Positions 38,164 through 52,900 of a stretch of DNA of 63,938 bases are shown piece by piece. The notes beneath the pieces are model-generated. The model saw only the letters and a list, made by a program, of their open reading frames with translations. It ran no database searches and was not told the origin of the DNA. Position numbers and translations under genes: made by a program. The stretch is from Paraspadella gotoi. Its lineage: Eukaryota > Animalia > Chaetognatha. The stretch spans positions 19,413,652 to 19,477,589 of the forward strand of contig CM119264.1 in assembly GCA_051294375.1 (NCBI GenBank), in the 5' to 3' direction. Positions within the stretch are counted from its first letter, which is position 1; each line of letters starts with the position of its first letter.

Positions 38164-38998
38164 AAAAGTAAGAATTTAAAAGTTCTAGATGACCTTGATC
38201 ATTTTCACTGAATCAATTAAGTAGTTTATCACTTCAAAGAATGTTTCAATAGAATAAAAGAACCACTCCCTTTATCATCTTCAGTGGGAAGACAAAAAAT
38301 AAATTAACTATAAAAATGGCGGAACGACAGACCGAAAAATATGGTTGGGCCCAGCTTTTAAGACGCCCTAACTAAAGCTGAGCATAAAACTCTCTGCCGC
38401 TCTTTCTTTCAAAGTCGTTCCCAGGTTATATGGGAGGAGATGATCCAACCCGAAGAGAAAAAAATTCATTCATTCTCTTCAATTCGTTGCGTCCCTCTTT
38501 TTCCCAACTTTCAAAGCCACGATTTCTTCTTTTACATATCTTCTCGAGCTGCATTAATGCTTTGAATAAGGCAGGGGGGGGGAAAGTAGATTTCAATGAA
38601 ATCTCATTGAAAATTTTATCCTTCATCCTCGATCGTCCTTATTTCCGTTTTACCCCAACTTTTTGTACAGTTTCATCTTCGTTTTCCACATCTTCTAAAA
38701 TGATTTTTTATTCCTTATCTTCTTCCCCAGTTTGTTGTCAGATCCTATTTTTTAAATCTCTCTCTCTCTCTTTCTTTTGATTTCCAACTTTTTTGTACTT
38801 CCTCGTTTTTCTATCTTCCTCCTTCAAAATGAAAAGAAAAAATCTTTGATACTCGATACATCGAAAATTCAGAGAAAAGGAAAACGCAAAGACTTCAATG
38901 ACGACGTTGAAAAGCTTAAGTATGCTTCGTCCCTGATCCACTGCACTGCGAGAGCGAGTAGACGGAATATTCAGATACAAAGTAACCAAGAACGAGGT

Positions 38999-39047
<49 letters not shown>

Positions 39048-39935
39048 AATAGACAGACGGACAGACTTTCACGGAAAGTTTATCTCTTTCTCGATTCTTT
39101 CAGCCTCCCATTACATCCTGATGAGAGCAAATTGTTCTCTTCTGTCGGAGCGATAAAAAAAGATGGATAACATTTGGAGAGAGAGAGAAGGAGAGAAAGT
39201 TGAAGAAACAAAGGAGGGCCGGGCGAAGAGAGAGAGAGAAAAAAAGAAAGAAATAAAGTCGTAAAAAAAAAAAAAAAACCGGTAGGAGTTGTAAACGCGT
39301 TCGTTGGGTTCTTTATTTATTTTTTTTCATTTACGCCTGACGATATTTTTCAATCGATCACCGCGACATTCGCCGCGCGTATCCCTGGAGGCAAGGGGTT
39401 TTAGAGGGATCGATGAGAAATATAGGAGAAAAAGAATTATGTATAAAGATAAGAAGTCATGTTTGTCGAATTGTGTAATTTGCAAAATAAGCTATGTATA
39501 TTTAAAATATTTCAATTAGAAATTTAATATGTTGTAAGAAAAAGACGCTGAGGAAGAAAAAAAAGAGAGAGAGGAAGCGAAAGAGTTGGAGAGGAGAGAA
39601 AGAGGGAAAGTAAGAGAGAGATTAAAAAAAAAAAGAAATTATATTTTTTTAAAAAGTAAGGAAAAGGAACTCAGCTGGGAGAAGGGAGTCGTTTCACTCA
39701 AACCGACCTTGAGATAAAGAAAGAAACACTATTTTCGCTTCTGCGCTTCGACGCTTCGGTTACGATTACGAAAATTCATCCATGTCGAAGATGTAGAATC
39801 TTTAGTTTGTGGTTTTATTTAAAATCTTTATAAATTGAATATTAGTTCTTATTTAACTTTTACTAGATGAGTTTCTTGCTGATTAAATTTATTTTATGAA
39901 TTTTTTTTTTTTATGATTCAGCATTATTGTAATAA

Positions 39936-40033
<98 letters not shown>

Positions 40034-40099
40034 GCTCTCATTTCCCCCTGATTAGCCAGGTTTCTCAATTTCCTCATCACCAAAGCTGATCCTTCTCAC

Positions 40100-40260
40100 C
40101 TGAAATCCGGCTTTAGAATGAAGGAGTTGACGGTGAAGTTTCCGTATTTGTAGGAATGACCTTTGGTCACGTTGCCCTTCGAACTCTTTTCACCTCCGCC
40201 CGGGAAAATCGGCGTTGAGGACCAAACTAGTCTCGGCCGCTCCTTTCCACTGGATTGGAC
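40100..40260 (-). CDS. Exon C of the Ig-domain gene (VQSSGKERPRLVWSSTP...GNFTVNSFILKPDFR)
   Basis: Acceptor cccacccag| and donor |gtgag. 161 bp, phase 0-2, in frame with exons B and D. The P-x-L-x-W motif is typical of C2-set Ig domains. Confidence 0.9.
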
Positions 40261-41253
40261 CTGGGTGGGGGAGTCAGGGTGGTTTTGGGTAAGGACGGGA
40301 GGTAGGGAGATCGAGAAAAAAAGAAAAGCGTCAGAATAAGTTTCTTAACAGAGGGAGGAGCCAACTAAAAACAAAAAGCGTCCAAAGAGATGAGCTGAAT
40401 ATATTTATTTGGTATATATAATTTCAGAAGCAATATTTGATTATTGCTTCTTCAAATTAACAGTAACTTTTCTTCACTGTTGTAGTCTTGACTTCTGCAA
40501 AAACTTTGACCCATTCAGCATTAATGCCTCTAAAAATTTTCTAAAGAACATTCTTAGCAATTACGCTACTACATTGACCGCTGGACAATCTGCAATGTCG
40601 GCATCTGCCACCAACTTCCTGCTTCTGCATCCATGTCTCTCCTGTTAATAATCTTTTGCAATTCTCCGCTTGTTAATCCGCGTCTCGTCGACCTCAAAGC
40701 GTTTTTCTTTTTATTTATGCTGCGTCTAGCGACGTTATTGACGAGAATTATAAACTTATATACTTATAATGATAAACTTATAATAATTCAAAAATTATTG
40801 CATTATCTTTAATCTTTATCATTCCGGTAAAATGATAAAAAATCTCACAAAATTCAAATTTCGATTAAATAATGTTGAAAAAAGGTTCTTGCTTTTAACT
40901 TAGGTTTCTCTTCCTCCACTCTCTGGTAGATCTCGCTCTGCAAGACAATGATTCAAGGTGTGGACTTCACTCGCCGCCCGTGGCCCGTGGCCCGCCGCAC
41001 GCCCCCGACTCCGCCGCCCTCCGCCCACCTTCGGCCGCTTAACGTCCGCCCCCTTTCCGTCCGCCTCTGCTTTTCCTCGGCAAAGCGTCCCTTGATTAAT
41101 CCACGCCGTCTCCGGTTGCCGTGGCGATGGAGCGAAGCCTGTTGCAATGGCGACGTCCGTTGCCGCGGCGACGAACCGACGAGGTGCCACCGTTTTCTAT
41201 TCGCCATTCTTCTCCGCGGGGACCGAACAAACTGCCAAATGAATTGCAGATAT

Positions 41254-41349
<96 letters not shown>

Positions 41350-43635
41350 TCTCTCTCCGTAATTTTTTTGTTCGGTCGCATCTGCCAGAAGGTTATATTC
41401 TAACGTGCGGAGAGGAGAGGAATGAGAAGGGAGATGATTGTACTCCCTCCCGGTGTGTCTCTCTGCTGGCAAAATCAAAAGGAGATCGCCCCTTCTTTCA
41501 ACATCGAGTGATTTTTTAAGTATTAGGATGTATATATACATATACCGGATAGCGAATAACTAAAGAGTGGCCTGGCCATCGCTTTTCTCCATGACATCAG
41601 TTTTAGCCGCCTTCGCTTGTTGATTCCGCGTAGGAGCGGACAAATGGCTAGGTGCAAGCTGACAAATGAACAACTGAACAAATTGACAAGTGGCTAGTTT
41701 CGATATGAAAAATGGACAAATGCATAAATGCCTAGGTGCTTGACGGCAAAATAACTCAAGGAAGAGAGGCAGAGCGCTTGAACCCTGGATGGCAAATGAA
41801 ATAATAGATTAAAGGCGATTTGAGAGATGAAAAACGGATTAATTGATAAATGACAAAGTGCTCGACCACAACATGACCAATGGAATATAGGAAAAAATAC
41901 TCATATAAAAATGGCGAGCAATAGGAAAAAGAAGAGAAATGGACTCGAGGCGAGGTGCGAGAGGACGAAGGCGCGGATTTTCTCGACGCGAGGTCGAGTG
42001 TCGAGTGTCGAGTTGTTGGAAGGAAAAAGAGTCACATTCTGATGCGTCGTAGCGAGAGACTGTGGAACGTCGTCGAGCCGAGAGAGAAAGATGAAGCGAA
42101 AAATGGAAGAAGATAAAAAAAGACACGAGCAGAAACTGGGACGTAGAAAGGGAAAGGGATTTGGGAGGAAAACAGGACGGAGATGGGGGAGAGGGACAAA
42201 GAAGGGGTCTCACACGCTCAATGGGACAAAGTCAGGGACAAGGTCGTGTTCAAGAAAAAGACGAACCAAAAAACGCACGGGGGAATAAACATCGTTAGTT
42301 GCAATGTCGATTTTTTTTTAAATGACAGCAGAATCTAAAACCCGATACAGCTGTAACATGATAAGGGTGAACTATTTAAATCACGACTGTGAATTGATCG
42401 CAACCCGATTCGAATCTCAAAAAAAAAAACTAAAGAAAAAAGTGAAAACCGAAAAAAAAGGATGAAGTCTGATGAGCGAAGATCTTCACAAAAGAAACTC
42501 GAAAAAAAAGTCAAGTCACAGTCACAAAATGAAGAAGAAAAAAAACTCTTTCCGCAAAAGTTTTCGTTGGGCTTTTTTTGTTCCGTCGGCTTTTTATCTA
42601 CGCCCGCCTCCGCCTTTGCCTGCATGACTAATTCCCCGACTCCGGGGGAAAAAAAGGAAAGAAAGGGGAGAGAAGGTGGAAATGGATGGAAATAAGGAAG
42701 GGAGGAAGAAAAGAATAGGCGGAGGAGGAGAGACGGGTAAGGTCTCTCGTTTGGTTGACCCCAGAGCCGCTCTTCAAAGTTCATCTAAATTCCATTAGAG
42801 GCCGCGTCGTGCCGCAAGATCAACGCTCGATCTTTGTTCCACCTGTCGCGCTGATCGGACGGCGCCGCCTAGTTTGCCTGTCGGATGGGAAGCTTTATAT
42901 GAACCCGCGAAAGATGGAGCGATGTATCAAGCAGGCCGATCGTGAGTGCGATGTTCGGTCTTGAGTCTTGACATATTATGACTGGCAAATATGGACGCCA
43001 TCTCAAGATTGCCAAAAGCGGGCTCAAAGTCAACTTTCATATTGTTAGGTTAAAATTGAATCTACCGACATATGTAAATCTACGTCACTTAGATGAATTA
43101 GCTGGCTAATGATATTATTCGTAAAGTTTACACTGAACAGCTAAAAAATATGTAAAATTCTGAAGATACCATTTAGAAATCTATTAAACATATATCTTGC
43201 AGCTTCACTTTTCTCTCTTGCTCTTCTCTCGCTCTGATCATCTGTTTAGTAGTTTCACCTTCGTCGCCGTCTGTTTTTCGACGCCCAGGGCTCATGGGAC
43301 TCAATGACGCCCAATTGCCTTCTCTGTTCCAACTAGTGAATTTTTTTACAAACGTCTGCTCTGAAAAGCAGATTCTCGACCCTCGACGAACGACGAAATA
43401 AAATCAAATTAAATCAAATCAAATCCGGGTCTATGACTATGTACAATTTGTACATTGTACAGGTTTTTTGGTTTATTAATAATGTTGTAAAGATAAATTT
43501 TTAACTAATTGAAACAAATTTCACCAGAAACATAACAACAAAATAAAACTCTATAACCAGACTACGAATAAAAATCGCATAAAAAAGGGCTTAAACCAAA
43601 GCCGTCGCTCAGCGAACGCGAAATCCGAGAGAGAG

Positions 43636-43719
<84 letters not shown>

Positions 43720-43885
43720 TGCACTAATTACAAAGTTCCAATGAAGCTGAAAAAAAACTAATGCATAGTAACGGTTGACAGACTGAAAAAAACATAATTG
43801 AGGAAAAAAGTTAAAGAGAGAGAGAAAACGAAAGACGCAGAACGAGAGAAAAGAAGAAAAAGAATCCGCTTCGCGTAAAACTTAC

Positions 43886-43973
43886 CTGGCACATAAATTG
43901 CGTTCCCACCCCCTCTTCGAGATCAGGTGCAGAGGGAGAGCAGGACGGCGTTCCGACCACGCTTAGATCCACG
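43886..43973 (-). CDS. Exon B of the Ig-domain gene (S-VDLSVVGTPSCSPSAPDLEEGVGTQFMCQ)
   Basis: Strong acceptor ctctttctcttcag| and donor |gtaagt. 88 bp, phase 2-0. Joins exon A in frame to give CGNVISVDLSVVGTP (end of Ig1), then the EG-x4-F-x-C start of Ig2. Confidence 0.9.
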
Positions 43974-45974
43974 CTGAAGAGAAAGAGACAAAATTTGGGG
44001 CATCAGTCTTAGATGTAGGGACTTGTGGAGTGGGATGTGTGGGAGAGGGAAAGAGGGAGATAAAAAGTGTTAGTGACGGTGAGGCATGGGGAGAAAGTTC
44101 AAAGAAAAAGGGATTGAGGGAGAGAAAAATAGAGGAAGAGAAAGGCTACCCCGGAGCGACCACCGCAACCAGCAGGTGTTCAACTGTTCGTTCATCCTTA
44201 AAAAATTCAAGGTGGAATAATACCGGGATTCTTTTGGATTTATTCCGATTCATACAGATGCGTTTCCAGACGGAATTACTTTAAAAAAATTTTTTTTATC
44301 ATTTATATAATTCACGAATTAAATAAAAAGATTATTTAATAACTAACCCGATTGTATAGAAAAATTTTCTCTTGCTGCTTCGTCAAGGAGTTTAATTTAC
44401 AAGAGCTAGTTATCTTTAGTGAACTAGGATCCTTTCCATGTTTCATCAGCTCAAAAGCCCTTTTCACCTTTTCGAACTTTTTCTCCGAGCGACAATTATA
44501 TTCTATTGTTGAGGGACGACGAAAATACCTCGACTAAAGACGAATGAGGGACGGGACGGACAGATGGAAAGATGAACGGAGCGGAAGACAGTCCGATGGA
44601 CGGACGGCGACAGACCGACCAAGTTATTAGACCGAAAAATGACTAGCAGCTTTGCCATTCATCTCTGTTTCTGTTTTATTGCCGTGAAAATAAAGGAGTA
44701 AAGGAAACGAGAAAGAATAAGAAGCATGAAATCTTAGAAATTTTTTAAAAATTTAGATAACTAAGTATCTAGAAACTAAACGAAATTAAACTAACGCGAC
44801 AGAGAAGATAAAACAATGAAAACATGAAAGACAAGAATAAAAAATAAAAAGAGATAAAAATGTAAAAGGGAGACGATGATCATCGCAAAAAGGAGAAGAT
44901 ACAACTTTACAAGGGCGAAGATGAAAAAGGAAAGAAAGAACAAAGAAGATTCAAAGAGAGAGAAGAGTTGAAAAAGTGAGGAGAAAACAGCGACTAATGG
45001 CTCTCGCTTCGCGGCGATGGTCGACCCTCGGCTCCGCGTATTTTGCTCCATCCCTCTTTCTGTTATTCCCCTGAGATATCCCCACTTCTTTTCCTCGTTC
45101 TCCCCTTTTCAACGTCCCTTTTCCAGCTTCCCTGCCGTCCCTCGTCGTCGCCGAGAAATTAATTCCATGAGAAATCTTCCAAGAATCCCTTTTTCGGATC
45201 GATTTCCGCCCTCTCGCCGTGCTCAGCTCTGCCTTTTCGAATAAGGGCCTTCCTTTCGGTTAATCTGGTCTTACGTTCCTGGCCGGAGTTTTGATTTAGG
45301 CTTAGAAAACAAAAACATTTTAAATTTACCGTTTCGGCTTCTTCATGTTTTCCTTTTATATTTCCCCACTCTCGTTTCTGTATGTTTCCTATATTTCAGA
45401 CTTTATTCACATAATTTAAATAATACATACTGAATTATTATCCACACTCCTCTCTCTTTGTAAATCTTCTTCATAATCGTAGTCACAACTGCCAAATTCT
45501 TTATTAGACTTTACCTGGAAGGCGAAAATGTTTGTCCTGGTAATTTCTACCGGACAAAAAAGTACAGCATCAATTCAGCTCTAATCCTCGTGTCAGATCT
45601 CCAACCCTCACCCAATGAAATCTCGAAACCTAAAACCATTATCTCTAACCCAACGATACTGGCCAAAGTCTTTCCCCCCTCAACTACTGCTTCGCATTTA
45701 AAGCCAGTTGTGATCGTTCAACCTCCCAAATCACCCAGAATTAACGGCAGTTTACAGCTTTACCCCCCCCTCCCCTGGCCGCCCCCCATCCGATTCTGTT
45801 CTAGTTTCCTACGATCGAGTCTCAACGATCGACTTTGACCTTTGGAAGGCCGAGTCGGAGATTGGGGGATGGGAACCGTCTGGTAACGATGATGAAAAGC
45901 TCACGGCGTCGGTTTTTGCTTCTTCATCAACGCTGATGGGGCTGCGGTCGAGATCGGCGCTGTCGGGCTCACAC

Positions 45975-46030
45975 CGCGTCGGGCAGAATCTCAGGCCGCG
46001 TCGGGCAGAATCTCCAGCTGCGTCGGGCCG
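45975..46030. repeat. ~21-bp tandem repeat CCGCGTCGGGCAGAATCTC
   Basis: 2 near-perfect copies plus a partial third. Confidence 0.75.
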
Positions 46031-46216
46031 AAGCTGGGACCAGGGCTGATGTCAAAACTGATTATCGACTTGGACCAGAGGCTTAAATCTCCTTTCCTCC
46101 ATTTCGCTCTCCCGCGGGAGTTTTAGCCCCACCATAATTCTTTTCCTCGCTCTATATCTCTCTATCTCTCTGCCTCTCTTCTTCCAACCATGATCCTCCG
46201 TCCCCTTTCGTCCCTT

Positions 46217-46297
<81 letters not shown>

Positions 46298-48822
46298 ATG
46301 GGCTCTCCATTTTTTTGACTGCTCTTTTTTTTTGACTGATGGCGGTGAGAAATCAAGCGAAAAATGTCTGACTTCGTTGCAGGTTTTTCATCTTCTTTGT
46401 TACTTTTTCTATTTGTGCATATTTTTGCCGGTAGGCTTTTTGTCTCTTCAGGGCATTTTCAATTTGATATTTTTATAGTCAGGTCTTTATCTTGTTGCCA
46501 ACTAGAAAGTAAGAAGTAAAACTGGGGTATAGTTTTTTGTATTTAATATTACATTTAATAATTTTATTCGATTCATCTTGATTTTACGAAGGAATTTTAA
46601 ATTATTTACACTAATCGTCTTGTCCTTGTGTTTAATTCAATGGCGATAGTGACATCTGATGGACGCTCGTTAAATCTTTCGGGGAAAAGCGGGAATTCGT
46701 CGTTCTCTTCTTCCTCGCTTTTTCCTCTAAATGACATTTTCCTTTTAAATCGGTTTACTCTGGCGAAGACGAGTGGGATTCGGATTTCGTAGTTGCTTTA
46801 AAGAAATCCTCTCTTTACTCCCTCGTCTCCCCTATCTCTTTTTTCCCTGCTATCGCCCTCCCACCCTTCCACCCCTCCAGGTCCCCTCTTCCTTCCACCC
46901 TAGCCGTATCTCCTTTCAGCGTCAGCAACGGTCGTTTTTCGCGTCGTTTGAATTCGGGCGAATCGTCGCTTTAGTCTTAAACGTTCGGACCGAACTAAGG
47001 AAGAAAACCCTCGAACGGGAGGATCTGGCGAGGTTTTCGCAGGTAAGTCCGTTAAAAAACGACAACGATGGAACGAGGAAACCGACTTGTACTCACTCCT
47101 CAGTCCTCTTCCCAAAAGCTCTGCATCATTGTGGTCGTCGGCACCATCCCCGTCCGTGAAACTCGCCTTATTTTTTGTCGCCCAAACTTTTAGCGAAATA
47201 CGGGGTTTGAATTTTGAAAAAGCTAAGTTCGAGCCTCACCAACCGCTTTTATTTCTTTTTGTTAAGAACTTTCGAGATGCGGACTCTTGACCACTGGTGA
47301 CCAGTCACGCCTCCGTCTTCTCGTTCTTTTATCCAATAACTGCTGACCCGTAAACGCTGAGCCTAGATCTTCACTTTCAGCCTCACCCTGGTCTCAAAGT
47401 TGACACTCACCCATTAGGTTCTCACTTCCCTTTACCCTTTTTCTTCATCCCCGTTGTTCTTGAAAGAATCGGATTGTTTCCAGATTTCTTTTCTTTCTCT
47501 GATGAAAAAAAGATAAGCCAAAGAATTTGGTGTTTAGATTGTTGGACGTTGGTCAACGCGAGAGAGGGCACATAAAGATCTAAAGTTTTTGATGTCACTA
47601 AATAGTTACAGTACGTATATGATCACAACTATTGTTTTCTGAATTTGTTAAAAAGATAAATTCCTTCAATTTAAGCTGTCCAGTCGATTAAAAATAGAAA
47701 ATAAAAAAAAAGAGAATGTCCAAAGTGCATACATGAAACGGAAATGACAAGAAAGAATCAAAAAGTACGTAATGGAATGGAAACGATAAAAGTGACCTTG
47801 AAAATAAATGGCGTTGAAAAGGACAAAACTAGACGTGAGATTTTTACTTTTTTTACTTTTCAACTGAATTGTTTTATCAACAATGTAAAAATATTTAAAA
47901 TAACATTATATATATATGTAGACTAGTAAGAGAGCAAGTAAGAATTTGGTATCATTAACCAAACCTATTAACGCGATCCCGGGATCGTGTCCAAGGAGCT
48001 GTCCGCTCTGTGCTGGCTTTTTTTGCTCTCGACATTTTTGTCGTCTCGAAAAACAAGGAAATCGATGCCAATGCCATCGTTGATGTCGATTTCAACGTCG
48101 AGTACCAAAGAAAAACAAACCATCTTTTTTTTGCTTTTCCTCTTTTGATTTTTTTCCTTTAAATTTTTTTTAACTTCGACATCGAATTCCGTTTAGACTT
48201 TTTTCAATTTTTTTTATGTACCGATTTTTCATTTTTAAAATTTCATTTTAAAAAATTTTTTGCTGTTTTCACTTTCAATTACGATCTGAATATTCGTTTT
48301 TGAGATTGATTTTTTTCATGGTTCTTTGTAATATTTATTTTATATTTGTTTGAGTGATGATGCTGCATTTTTTCTGTTTTATTCTTTTCTTTAATTTCTT
48401 TTTCGTTTTCCATTCAATTCCTGCTTTTCTTTTTTTTTGACTTCTTTTTCCAAGAAACTTTTCCTTCTTTTTTATTTCTTTTTCTCTTTTTTCCTTTTTC
48501 CCTCTTTCACCTCGTTTACGTCTTTTCGGCCCTTTTTTCTACAACTGATGCCACTTAACGGGTTTTTATGGAAGGATTTTTTTCTGTCCTCGAAGTTGTG
48601 AGAAGGAATGAAACAAACAAAGAAGAAAGACCCCCAACGGAACTGTGAGCGTGAGGGTGGGTGGAATTAAGGCAAAGGTAAAGTGAGAAGTAAGAAAAGA
48701 AAAAATAGTTCAATATATCCTAGGAAGGTTGGGCGAGTGGGAATATAATCGAAATACAATTTGGCTTGGGTGAGATTCTTAGGGATACAATCGAGAAAAA
48801 AATTTAAAAAAAGAAGAAGAAT

Positions 48823-49150
48823 AACAAGATCGGTTCATCCAATGTGTTGCGCCGCAGTGACTTTAATTTCACATCACTTGATATGATATGATATGTCATG
48901 ACCTGATTAGAAAACTCTCTTAGCCCAGGTATTTATGACATGCACGTCATCGAAATTACATCTTTTATTCCTTATAGTTTTAGGATTTCTTGAAGATGGC
49001 AAGAGAAGTTTTTTCCTGTCTTAACAAATGAGCAACAAACTATATGCATTTTTAACGCAATGGGATAGACCGACTGATAGACATACCGACCGACCGACCG
49101 AAAAGTGACCTATAGAGTTGCTCCGCGAGCAATCGCGGCGCAACTAAAAA
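48823..49150 (-). mobile_element. Short, apparently complete HINE/DINE-1-like element (~330 bp)
   Basis: AACAAG end at 48823. Subterminal inverted repeat GTTGCGCCGC (48846-48855) / GCGGCGCAAC (49135-49144). (GACC)n microsatellite. Hairpin AGTTGCTCCGCGA/TCGCGGCGCAACT followed by an A tract. Shares AAAGTGA..TATAGAGT with the 3570-3585 end. Confidence 0.72.
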
Positions 49151-49865
49151 GGGAGAAGGGGTAGGGAAAGGAACAAATGGGTAAAAGAAGCTGGAAAAAT
49201 TCGGGTGAAGCCAAGCGGAAAGCGAGAAAGCTGCAAAAGACTAACTCGGTGAAAGGATAAAAGTCGCAAAAAAACTCACTCTTTTCAGGTTAAAAGTGAA
49301 AGCGAGACAGAACCCAGAACTATTGAGACAAAGTTAACCGAAAAAGAAAAGATTCAAAGAGGAAAAAAAAAGGCCTATCAAACCTTGTCATTTTTTAAAT
49401 CAATAAATTACACAGGAGCTTTGGCTAAAAATTTAAGATTGGCTTATAAATCTAGGTTAAACTCAATAGTTTTTAGAGCTTTTTAAGTATTCGTTGAAAC
49501 CTCTTCTCAACTGTATTTTGAATAACCTAAGCCGCAAAAACGCAGCTAAGAACGAAGTCATACATTTTCGAGGTTAATCAAGTCGGAAACGAAAATTCGA
49601 AGAGACCGAATTAATTTTCCTCTTCATCGTCGCCGTCGTCATTATTATCGTCGTCCTCGAGATTAAATTTCAAGATAACGACTTTTCAAACTTTTCCGTT
49701 TCAATGGACTTTCTAAGTATAATTGGTTCAATTTGCAAAGAATTTTAAAACAAGGAAATTCGATTTTTTAATTCCTTATTTGCGGCATGAAAAAAATAAA
49801 TTCTTCTGTCGGCTCGACTCCCACTCCTTTACTCTCCTCTACTCATCTTTATATTCGTCATTATC

Positions 49866-49878
49866 GTCTTCGTCGTCG

Positions 49879-49952
<74 letters not shown>
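49866..49952. repeat. (TCA)n/(TCG)n trinucleotide microsatellite
   Basis: Directly visible. Confidence 0.95.
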
Positions 49953-49953
<1 letters not shown>

Positions 49954-52900
49954 CATCTAAAATTCCCCTTTCCCTACAATTAACTCAAACTCCTCGCCAC
50001 ATCCCTTCTTCCCGTCTTCTTCCGCCAAGAGCGACAATTCACCTTACGAACCTGCCTGTCACGACCACCACCCTAAACGCCCGAGGCAAAACCCCCTCTA
50101 GCGTCATATATTTTGACAACAACAAAACAATAAAACTCGGGAAAAGAAGGAGAGCGGAGCGGAGTGACGAGAAGAATAAAACTTCGTCATCCTTTTGTGA
50201 TCTATCCCCTGGTCCCCCCTCCCCTTTCACTTTTCACTTTATCACCGTTTCATTTCCTTCATTCCTCAATCTTCGTATCCCTTCCCCTCTGCGTTTCGAC
50301 TCACACGTTATTCCTTTTATATCTATACTTAAATAATTCTTTTACTTCTGATCACCACTAACACGCCTTTCGATTTATATTTCCACTCTCCCCTGGTTAT
50401 TATTTCCTTTCCTTACCTTTCCTCCCTTGAATTTTATTTCTATTCTTCTTTCCTTCTTTCTTTGTTTCCTTCTTTCTCCTCTCTTCTCTTCTTTTCTCCT
50501 CTCCCTCTCCTCATCCAGCGTCATCGCCCTGCCGACTCCTCCTCCCCATCGATTCCCGTCTCCCTTTCCGAATTCCCCCCCCCCCCGCGTTGGTTTTCAA
50601 TTTTCTCCTAATTCCATTGTCACGCTCGCGCCATTCAAACCCTTTTCTCTCTTCCAAAGGATCTTATGGACCAATAAAAGGTTTTCGGTCCATTTGCGTC
50701 GAGAGGAGCCACCGTCGGAGTCGACGCGGAAAAAACAGAAGAGCATCCGAGGAAAACTCAAATTTAAAAAAAAAATTCAGTTGGGTTTTTGGAGAAGGAA
50801 TGTGGAAAAGCGTTAAAATTAAATATTTTTTCCCTTTATATTTAAAATTAAATAAAAAAAATTATTAATTACATAATCTGCTTATTTCTTCACATTCGTT
50901 AGTAAATGGCATCACTTTAAGTTTAACAAAAAATCAAAAACATTCCCGTTGAGTTAACGCTGTACAGAAAATTTTAAACAATTTTTAACAATCACAAAAA
51001 GCACAAAAACACAAAAGAAAAACGAGCGAACAGAAGGAAAAATCTTCGCTGCTTCTAATGAAGTCGCGATCACCAGTCGAAAAATAGTTCCATTTTCTCA
51101 TCGATTCTTTCGTTTTATTTTTTTATTTTTGTAGAAAAAACTAAAAAACCAATGTAAAAGTGAAAAAAAAAATGGAGAGAAAAGTAAAATTGAAGAAAAA
51201 GTAAAACCGGATAAAAAAGTCAACAAACTCACAAAAAAAAAAAAAGTTTAAAAAAAATTGAAAGCGACAAGCACGACGGTAAACAAGGAGAGAAAGTTCC
51301 AGACGAACATGAAAAACTACAACCAAAATGATTTTCAATTTAGAGAAATCTGAATATAATTCGGAAGGATATTGGAAAATTTCCCAGGACGTCGACGGTT
51401 CGGCGCGAAAAAGTAATAAAAAAAAAGGGAAAGAGGAAAAAAGTTGGTTTCGAGTCTTTTGGAAGAAATTCCAGTTTCCTTCGGAGTCTTTTATCCGGTT
51501 TTTGTGAGAGTAAAGTAGATAAAATCGATATAACAAATATCGCACACCGCGTTCATTGACAAACATTATTTTTCGCTCTGGAAGAGCCATATTGTTTACT
51601 ATTTTTAAAATAACGATACGAATTTAATATTATAAATAAAAAACGTTTGAAGGAATAATAGACACCACTGACACTGTCATCCAACTTTGGGTTTAGAGCG
51701 AGAGTTGAATTCTTCCACGTCGAATTGTCGATGTTTGAGCCTCCTCATCTCACGATCCATCTCCATTGACTACCTCCTCCGTCGTAATCACCGCCATCGC
51801 CGCAAACGACCGCAACTATAAACTCTCCAATAATGTCGCCCTCTTCCGTCGGGGCCGTTCATTCCCATTCAACCGTCTCACTCGCTGACATTCTGACGGA
51901 GAACGCAGCTCAACCTTGCTTTGTACCGATAGAAAACGAGACTCAAAGGTTGAGTTGTAATAGAAAACATTTATTCGTAGCGTTTAACATTCAATTGCAA
52001 AATTACCTCAACTCGATGAGGTAATTTGCGAGCGAAACTTGACTTTTCTTTGAAAATAAATTATAAAAAAATTACTATCAACTTATTAAAACAATCATTC
52101 ATTTAAAAAGTAATAAGACCGCGAACAAAGGCCATCTTTGCGGCTAGAGTGAAAAGGACGACGACGACAACAACGACGATTCATTTCCGTTGAGCCATCG
52201 ATTCTTCCTCAATTTTATCGTCCGGACAAAAACCGGAATCCTAACCTCGAATCCGGCGATGATGTGTAGAGGAACAAATCGTGGGAATTTGTGTTGCCGG
52301 CCGCAGAGAAAGGAAAGGAATTAGGGAAAGTAGAGGAAGGGGGAAGAGAGACTGAGATAGAGATCGGAGAAGGGAAAGGAAAGAATGAGGGAGGGGAAAA
52401 GAGAGGGGAACGGAGAGGGGAACGGAGAGGGGAACGGAGAGAGATGCGGTGAGGAAAAGAGAGCGTTATAAAAAAAAAAGAGAAGACATTGGAGAATTCG
52501 CACAGAGTGGAAAATAAAAGAGAAAAACTGGTTATTAGTTTGGGGATTATGAGAGAGAAAATGAAGTGAGAAACAGATTAGAGAATGATATTAAGACAAA
52601 AACGGAAACCCTGAAAACTGAAAGCGAACAAAAAAAAAAAAAACGTATGAAATTGGTACAAACAATAATAAATATAACTTATAACACCACTTCATTGATA
52701 GGGAAGACAGGTACTCTGGGAGTGAATAAACGAGACTGTGAGAGAGTCTTGATTGAAAGCTTGCAGGGACCTACTATGTCATAATCTTGTAGGAGTGATG
52801 GAGTCTTTAAACCAACAAAGCCTGTCCAAAGTCAGGGGCAAGATAGCTTATTTATTAAATGAAGGGATAATTGTTATATTGGTTGTACCAATTTTGTATG

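Noticed and set aside
39115-39150. CTGATGA hammerhead-core-like motif (also at ~42469 and ~61868)
   Set aside because: No properly placed GAAA or stems I/III.
40420-40660. CpG-poor segment that might be a degraded TE coding fragment
   Set aside because: No recognisable RT, transposase or endonuclease motif was found by eye.
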